Shown: piece after piece, positions 58,198-64,000 of the stretch
How positions within the stretch are numbered: the first letter of the stretch is position 1
Layout: every line of letters begins with the position of its first letter
From: Candidatus Latescibacterota bacterium
GTDB lineage: Bacteria; Latescibacterota; UBA2968; GCA-2709665
DNA: 64,000 nt
Assembly: GCA_963662665.2 (NCBI GenBank)
Contig: CAXXJS010000031.1
Span: 1 to 64,000, forward strand
Direction: 5' to 3'
Notes under the pieces: generated by a model
What the model was told of the DNA's origin: nothing
The model's database searches: none
The model's input: only the letters and a program-made list of their open reading frames with translations
Position numbers and translations under genes: made by a program

Positions 58198-59016
58198 ATG
58201 TCACGCTACGAAGATTTTCAGAGGGACGGCTACGTCATCCACTGCCGGCCGGTGATTCCCGAAGACCTGATCCGTCGCGCGATGGAAGGCATGGACCACG
58301 TGCTGGCCGGCCTGTACGAGACCGGCATTTCCCCGCAGCCTTCCTACTGGAATCCCGGCGATGACCCGAATAAGCTCGGCAAAGTTGAAATGCCCCAGCT
58401 TGCCAATCGGGCCATAAAGGAGCTTATCAGCCACCCCGGCCTGGGCAGGCTTGCCGCGGAAGTAACCGGTGCAAAGCGGATCCAGGTCTGGTGGGTCCAA
58501 CTCCTGTCCAAGCCCCCCGCGAGTACGGACGCGGGGTCCGGTGTAAGCGTCGGCTGGCACCAGGACCGGCAGTACTGGAAAGCCTGGAAGGAGGGTAGCG
58601 AACTCTTCACTGCGTGGGTCGCCGTATCCGACGTGGGACCGGAAACCGGCCCAATGGCCTTCGTAAAGGGTTCCCACAAGTGGGGACTGCTCAACGAGGG
58701 CGCCTTTTACATCGACGACAGTGACGACATTGAGATGCAGCGTCACCAGATCACGCTTCCCCCCGGCGAAACGTGGCGGGAGGTGGAAGCCGTCCTGCCG
58801 CCCGGCGGCGTCTCCTTCCACCATTGCCTCACCTTCCACGGCAGCCGCCCCAACCGCTCCGGCGCGCCGAGGCGAAGCTTTGCCGTCCACATGCGAACGG
58901 AGAAGTCACATCCCGTCTCCCAACCGGAAGGCACACTGGCCCAGTTCATCCACCGGCAGGACTGCTGTCCGGTCGTCTACAACGCCGATGGAGCGGATTC
59001 GACTCAATCGGGCTGA
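58198..59016 (+). CDS. PhyH-family Fe(II)/2OG oxygenase
   Basis: WHQD, GPMAFVKGSH, FHHCLTFHGSRPN..RR motifs. Confidence 0.9.
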   Translation: MSRYEDFQRDGYVIHCRPVIPEDLIRRAMEGMDHVLAGLYETGISPQPSYWNPGDDPNKLGKVEMPQLANRAIKELISHPGLGRLAAEVTGAKRIQVWWVQLLSKPPASTDAGSGVSVGWHQDRQYWKAWKEGSELFTAWVAVSDVGPETGPMAFVKGSHKWGLLNEGAFYIDDSDDIEMQRHQITLPPGETWREVEAVLPPGGVSFHHCLTFHGSRPNRSGAPRRSFAVHMRTEKSHPVSQPEGTLAQFIHRQDCCPVVYNADGADSTQSG

Positions 59017-59050
59017 CGGACATCCGCGCTGGTGCGCGGACAACGGCAAC

Positions 59051-59092
59051 AATAAAACGCAACGGCCGTACATCTTGCCGTTGCGTTTTATT
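59051..59092. terminator. Bidirectional terminator between convergent genes
   Basis: Perfect 16-bp inverted repeat AATAAAACGCAACGGC / GCCGTTGCGTTTTATT. Confidence 0.8.
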
Positions 59093-59136
59093 ATGTCAGA
59101 TTCAATGCGAACCGCGGTGGCGGTCCGACTGTCACT

Positions 59137-61863
59137 CTAATAGTTGAAGCTGTATTTCGCGTACCAGAACGCGCCGCCGAATCCGAACGGGCTGAACTGG
59201 CTGTACTTGTTGCCCGTCCTGTCGCGAGCCAACTTGTGCTCGTCGGGATAGGTATTGAGCACGTTCTGCCCGCCAATGGCGATCGTGGACCTGTAGTCGT
59301 CAAATGAGACACTGGTTTCCAGGTCCAAAAGAACCTTGCCACTGTAGACCTGATCGTCTTCGGAGTCGTACCATTCGCCGAAATAGCTGATGCGGCCCAG
59401 CACGTCCCACCGGGTCGTGAGCGTCTGGGTGAGGGTCAGGTTCCCGCGCTGCTTGGGAAGATTCTCCTCCAGTTCCCTGAGCCGAAGATCGTCCAGAATA
59501 TCCGGATTGTGTTTCGTAACCTTTGTACCCGTGTAGTTATACGCGATGTTCATCGCGCCCAGGCCCACCGGCACGGAAAATACCACGTCGATGCCCTGGG
59601 TCTGGGAGTTGAAGTCGTTGGTGAAGAAGCGGAATTCCTGCAGCCCTGCCGCGCTGGTGATGCCCTCCCTGATGAGTTGCTCCCTCTCCGCATCGCTGAG
59701 TGAAAAGTCCTGCGAAACGGTCAGGCGGTTGTTCACCCTGATGTCGAAGTAGTCGACCGTCATGCTTGCCTTGCCCATATCCAGGACAACACCCAGAGAG
59801 AGGTTCTTGGACTTCTCGGGCGCCAGAGCTTTGGCCCCTTTCAACGCGGCCGCCCGACTCGTGGACGGGACCGTTCCGTTGTTCACGAGATCGTTCTTCT
59901 CGAAGTTGAACTCCGTAGTGATGTTGAACGCGTTCTGCTGGCCGGGCGTGGGCGCCCTGAAGCCGGTGCTGTAACTGCCGCGCACCCTGGCGTTCTCCGA
60001 CAGGCCTATATTCGTTGCAACCTTATAATTGGAGGTGGCGCCGAAATCTTCGAAATTTTCGTAGCGCAGGGCAACGGAAACCGCCGCTCTGTCCGTGGGC
60101 TGGATGTCCCCTTCCGCGTACACAGCCGTGTTGTACCGGCTCCATCTGCCGGCGGCCACTTTGCTGAAGCCGGAAAAACCGTTCGTCGCCGGCTGAAAAC
60201 CCTGGCTGGCCAGCGGCTGGCCGATAATATAGGACTCGATCTGGCCCTCGACGATCTCAAACGTCTCTTTCCGATATTCAAGACCCGCCGCAAGGAAGAC
60301 CTGGGGGTTCACGGGGTAGGTCACACCGAAGTCCAGATTGACGTCCGACTGGATGTAGGAACCCGGATCGAAATACGTGGGCGTTGCGGGCCCCATCGAC
60401 GCGTTCACCGTATTGAAGATGAAGTAGTCCGCCTCGTGGCGTCCGTAGGACATGCTCAGGTCCCAGGATGCGAGTGCCTGCTCCCCGATACCTGTGCCCT
60501 TGATACCCATCAGGATGGACTCATCCGTTGTAAATGCGCCGAACCGCGGCGTGAATCCGCCGGGAAACATCTTCAGGAAGGAGAAGCAATTGGGATCGTC
60601 GCGAACCTGAAGCCAGGCATTCTCGTCCAGCTTGTCATTCTGTATGAGCACTCCTGCGCACTCGCCGCCCTGGCCCACGCCGTCCAGGTCGCCCACACGC
60701 AACGACTGAACGATTGAATCCGCGTATGTTTTCCGATTCAACTCCCTTCCGTCGGGTAGCCTTATGAAATCGACGTCGTCTACCTTAAAGGATTCGAATG
60801 ATTGCCAGACATCCTGCCGCCCTACGTTTCTGTCGCCTGGATTTGGGATGTAATACTCAGGCCCCTTGAACACGCCGCTACGGGTATGTGGATTCCGAAA
60901 ATAGAACCCGCCCTCCGTTTCCTTGTCGGCATAATTCGCGTGACCGTAGAAATCCACGCTCTCGCCCAGGGTGGCGCCGTAGTTGGCGAAGATTTTCAGG
61001 TCGTCGCGAACAAAAGGTTGACCCCAGACCTGGGCGGGATTCGCCACCTCGATATTGCCCGCTGCAATCAGGCCCGCAGCGTCATTGCGCTGTACGGATC
61101 GGATGGTTTCGCCCGTATTGCCATATTCCAGGCTGAGGTTGGCCCAGGTGTTCTCATTGCCCAGGCCGATATTGAAGGCGGCCGTGAACATCTCGCCGTC
61201 GCCCAGAAATTTCCCGTCCCCATCCTGAAAACTCCCCACCTTCACGTTCGCGGCCATTCCTTCGTGGTTGTCTTTCAGGCGGAAGTCCAATACGCCTGCG
61301 ATGGCGTCCGATCCGTATTGCGCCGAGGCGCCGTCTCTAAGGACCTCCACACGCTTCAAGGCGATGGCGGGGATGGCGGAGATATCAGGGCCCTGCGCGC
61401 CGTCTGCAACGCCGTTGCCCAGCCAGTGGATCACGGCGGCGCGGTGTCGGCGCTTGCCGTTGACGAGTACCAGGGCGTGATCGGGCGCCAGACCCCGGAG
61501 GTTAGGGGGCCGGACAACCGTTCCCGCGTCGCTGATGGGCTGCGTGTTGACGTTGTAGGAGGGAATCACGTTTCTCAACAGGTCGGTCACATCCGTGCCG
61601 CCCTGCTTGACGAAATCCTCGCTGGTGACTACGTCGATGGGCACGACCGACTTCGTGGCCGAGCGCGGTCGCCGGGACCCGATCACGACAAGCTCTTCCA
61701 GTTCTACAATTTCATCCAGAATGATTTCCATGGAATCGGCGTCGGCCGTACCCTCGGCTTCCTGCGATACGGAGACACCGGCCAGGGAATGAAGGACCGC
61801 AACTGCAAACGCAACGGACCTGAAAACGTGCTTTGTGATCTTAATTCTGGAACAGGACGTCAT
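59137..61863 (-). CDS. TonB-dependent receptor
   Basis: LVVIGSR, NLRGLAPDH.LVLVNGKRRH, EVLRDGASAQYGSDAIAGV, STGFRAP, SPFGFGG terminus. ATG 61863 preferred. Confidence 0.93.
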   Translation of the reverse strand: MTSCSRIKITKHVFRSVAFAVAVLHSLAGVSVSQEAEGTADADSMEIILDEIVELEELVVIGSRRPRSATKSVVPIDVVTSEDFVKQGGTDVTDLLRNVIPSYNVNTQPISDAGTVVRPPNLRGLAPDHALVLVNGKRRHRAAVIHWLGNGVADGAQGPDISAIPAIALKRVEVLRDGASAQYGSDAIAGVLDFRLKDNHEGMAANVKVGSFQDGDGKFLGDGEMFTAAFNIGLGNENTWANLSLEYGNTGETIRSVQRNDAAGLIAAGNIEVANPAQVWGQPFVRDDLKIFANYGATLGESVDFYGHANYADKETEGGFYFRNPHTRSGVFKGPEYYIPNPGDRNVGRQDVWQSFESFKVDDVDFIRLPDGRELNRKTYADSIVQSLRVGDLDGVGQGGECAGVLIQNDKLDENAWLQVRDDPNCFSFLKMFPGGFTPRFGAFTTDESILMGIKGTGIGEQALASWDLSMSYGRHEADYFIFNTVNASMGPATPTYFDPGSYIQSDVNLDFGVTYPVNPQVFLAAGLEYRKETFEIVEGQIESYIIGQPLASQGFQPATNGFSGFSKVAAGRWSRYNTAVYAEGDIQPTDRAAVSVALRYENFEDFGATSNYKVATNIGLSENARVRGSYSTGFRAPTPGQQNAFNITTEFNFEKNDLVNNGTVPSTSRAAALKGAKALAPEKSKNLSLGVVLDMGKASMTVDYFDIRVNNRLTVSQDFSLSDAEREQLIREGITSAAGLQEFRFFTNDFNSQTQGIDVVFSVPVGLGAMNIAYNYTGTKVTKHNPDILDDLRLRELEENLPKQRGNLTLTQTLTTRWDVLGRISYFGEWYDSEDDQVYSGKVLLDLETSVSFDDYRSTIAIGGQNVLNTYPDEHKLARDRTGNKYSQFSPFGFGGAFWYAKYSFNY

Positions 61864-62757
61864 CGCGGAATTCCTTTGTTTCGGGTTTCGGGAAACGGGC
61901 TTCTGATCCAATCGACGTCAGCCTGGTTTGCGGCCGACAGCATCAGGTTCATTTGTCGCAGTCAGTTCACAAAGACCCATACAGATTCATCTCACATTGC
62001 GCAAAAGAGGCGGATTCGCGGACTACAAAATCCGAATCGTCTCGCGACGGGAGGTTGTATTGACAACTCCTCCCTCGTCACCATAGGCAGACTCTCCTAT
62101 ACTTTAATGGCACCTGGCGTCACAACGGTTTCTTTCGACAGTATGCGAATCCGGGGAGAGTTTGTGCCGGCTTCAGGTTGGGATTGAGGACCCGCGGGGG
62201 ATAATGCGCGGGGAATTTCAAATTGCGACAATCCTTCTATTAATATAGTAAAATCGCGACAATTCGCAACATACCATGGAAGAAAATTTCCGTTTTTGTT
62301 TTCTTCATAGCCGCGGCTTGGACTCCGATCCGTGCGAATCGCCGCCATGTCCCACTTACGGCAACGGATCTGCTCGTCGCCAGATCCGCGCCGACTCGAA
62401 ACGGCATTCCAGTTTTCTTCAAGCAGACCCTGGCACAGCGTCTTGTCGCTTTCCGCTGCTTGACTTGCAATCTTAAAAGAAATATACTACCTGTCAATCT
62501 TGATTGTTCATGCTCGTCCTTTTTACATGGATCCCTGGGTTTAACCGGTCGACCATACCCGGGATAACGGGCACCGAATGACGAACTACCTTAAGATTAA
62601 TATAACGATCGCCTGTGTCAATTCGGCGACCTTCGAGGGGCAGTATGGTGAGCGTTCGGTATAAACGTAAAAAAAAGCGAAACACCAGTCGGATTTCGGA
62701 TGGAGGCCGGCGCCGTCCAGGCATTTTAACTTATTCTCCTATTCATAAGGGATCGCG

Positions 62758-63726
62758 ATGGAGACCGTGAAAGTCGTTATTATGGCCGGTCCATGGACCG
62801 AGTGGCGGGAAGAACTGGAATCCGTTTCGCCGCGGGTGACGGCGGTCGCCGCGCACTCCGACGAGGACCTGCTTCGGGAGATTCCGGACGCGGAAGTCGT
62901 CTACGGACGGCTGCCCCGAGCGCCCTTTCTCAAAGCTGGAAAACTTCGATGGGTGCAGAGTATCGGCGTGGGATTCGAAACCATGCTGTATCCGGAAATG
63001 ATCGAAAGCGACGTGGTCATCACCAACACCGCGGGCGCCTTCGACGCCGCGATGGCGGAACAGGCCCTTGCATTCATGCTCGCCCACGCGCGCGGCCTCA
63101 TGCACTTTGAACGCGACCGGAGAGACCGCATCTGGGACCGGCACACGGACACGGTCTCTCAGATCCACGGGAAAACGGCATGCGTGCTCGGCCTGGGTTC
63201 GATCGGGCGCAGCGTCACCATCCGGCTCCACGGCCTCGGACTCACGGTGACGGCCGTGGACGCCCAGGTCGAAACGCCTCCTTCAGGCGTGCGACACCTC
63301 TACAGACCGGACGAGATGCTCCTTGCCCTTTCGGACGCGGACTACGTTGTCGTGGCGCTGCCACAGACCGAAAGCACTCTGGGGATAATCGACGCGGCGT
63401 GCTTCAACCACATGAAGGAAACAGCGTTCCTGGTCAATATAGCGCGCGGACCCATCGTCAACGAAGCCGACCTGATCCGGGCCCTCCTGGAGAAGCGCAT
63501 CGCCGGCGCCGGCCTGGACGTCTTCGAGGAAGAACCCCTTCCGGACGCCAGCCCGTTGTGGGACATGCCCAACGTTGTATTCGCTCCCCACTCTGGCGGA
63601 TACTCCCCCGAGGGACGCGAAAACGTCCTTCGGGTCTTCAAGGAAAACCTGCGACGCTATCTTTCCGAAGAACCCCTTCTGAACGTGGTAGACAAGAAAA
63701 AGGGGTACCTCATTCAACAGGGTTGA
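62758..63726 (+). CDS. D-2-hydroxyacid dehydrogenase family
   Basis: GLGSIG, NIARG, LDVFEEEPLP, PHSGG motifs. Confidence 0.92.
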   Translation: METVKVVIMAGPWTEWREELESVSPRVTAVAAHSDEDLLREIPDAEVVYGRLPRAPFLKAGKLRWVQSIGVGFETMLYPEMIESDVVITNTAGAFDAAMAEQALAFMLAHARGLMHFERDRRDRIWDRHTDTVSQIHGKTACVLGLGSIGRSVTIRLHGLGLTVTAVDAQVETPPSGVRHLYRPDEMLLALSDADYVVVALPQTESTLGIIDAACFNHMKETAFLVNIARGPIVNEADLIRALLEKRIAGAGLDVFEEEPLPDASPLWDMPNVVFAPHSGGYSPEGRENVLRVFKENLRRYLSEEPLLNVVDKKKGYLIQQG

Positions 63727-63808
63727 AAGCCGGCGCCGGATTCAATTGTCAACCCTGCCCGCACTCTCCCTCCAACCGGGGGCCCGACCGACCGATCGAG
63801 GAAATCCA

Positions 63809-64000
63809 ATGACAACCCCTGCCGCCTTCTCCATCAACGACGCGGTCGCCCTCGCCTTCGAAAATCAACCGATTGTCGATATTCATACCCACCTCTATCC
63901 AACTCAAATGGGTCCGCTCTGCCTGATGGGGCCCGACGAACTCCTTACCTACCACTACCTGAAAGCCGAAACCTGCCGCCAGCTTCCACCCGGAGTCACC
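63809..64000 (+). CDS. uxaC: Uronate (glucuronate) isomerase-like amidohydrolase (3' truncated by window)
   Basis: MTTPAA..IVDIHTHLYP..DELLTYHYLKAE (HxH metal motif and LLTYHYL block); not in the ORF track. Confidence 0.7.
   Translation, partial: MTTPAAFSINDAVALAFENQPIVDIHTHLYPTQMGPLCLMGPDELLTYHYLKAETCRQLPPGVT

Noticed and set aside
61864-62757. Riboswitch or ncRNA upstream of the TonB receptor (minus-strand GAACCTGAT, hairpin near 62045-62080)
   Set aside because: The other conserved TPP or cobalamin aptamer elements are not evident. An Rfam/Infernal scan is needed.

Overview
GC-rich bacterial genomic DNA, diderm judging by the TonB-dependent receptors and porin; the taxon cannot be assigned from sequence alone. 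(1) 1-16 kb: a phosphate/polyphosphate locus with phoR, a minus-strand CHAD-ParA-ppk1 operon, and a divergent porin-pstSCAB-phoU operon preceded by 11-bp-phased Pho-box-like repeats. (2) 16-23 kb: NUDIX, a CoxD/CoxE/XdhC-like maturation trio, pspA with a sigma54 promoter, and two PhyH dioxygenases. (3) 23-35.3 kb: a lower-GC accessory island bracketed by REP-like repeats. It holds XRE regulators, a Zn-finger/TIR-NDT-like gene split by a complete IS256, an XRE + ImmA/IrrE protease pair followed by a bacterial ubiquitin-like cassette (Ubl, E2-like/E1 ThiF fusion, DUF6527-like), and TA genes. (4) 35-47 kb: radical SAM, ferredoxin-HTH fusion, TonB receptor, a patch of orphan or decayed defence-type gene pairs, and an S9 peptidase. 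(5) 47-64 kb: a Zn metalloprotease and a catabolic cluster (two enolase-superfamily enzymes, frameshifted MDR dehydrogenase, GGT, PhyH), a second TonB receptor, a 2-hydroxyacid dehydrogenase and a partial uronate isomerase. I saw no rRNA, tRNA or CRISPR array. Best candidates for an undescribed system are the protease-regulated Ubl cassette (30-33.9 kb) and the CHAD-ParA-PPK1 module (3.1-7.7 kb). All family assignments come from motif recognition by eye, not database searches.
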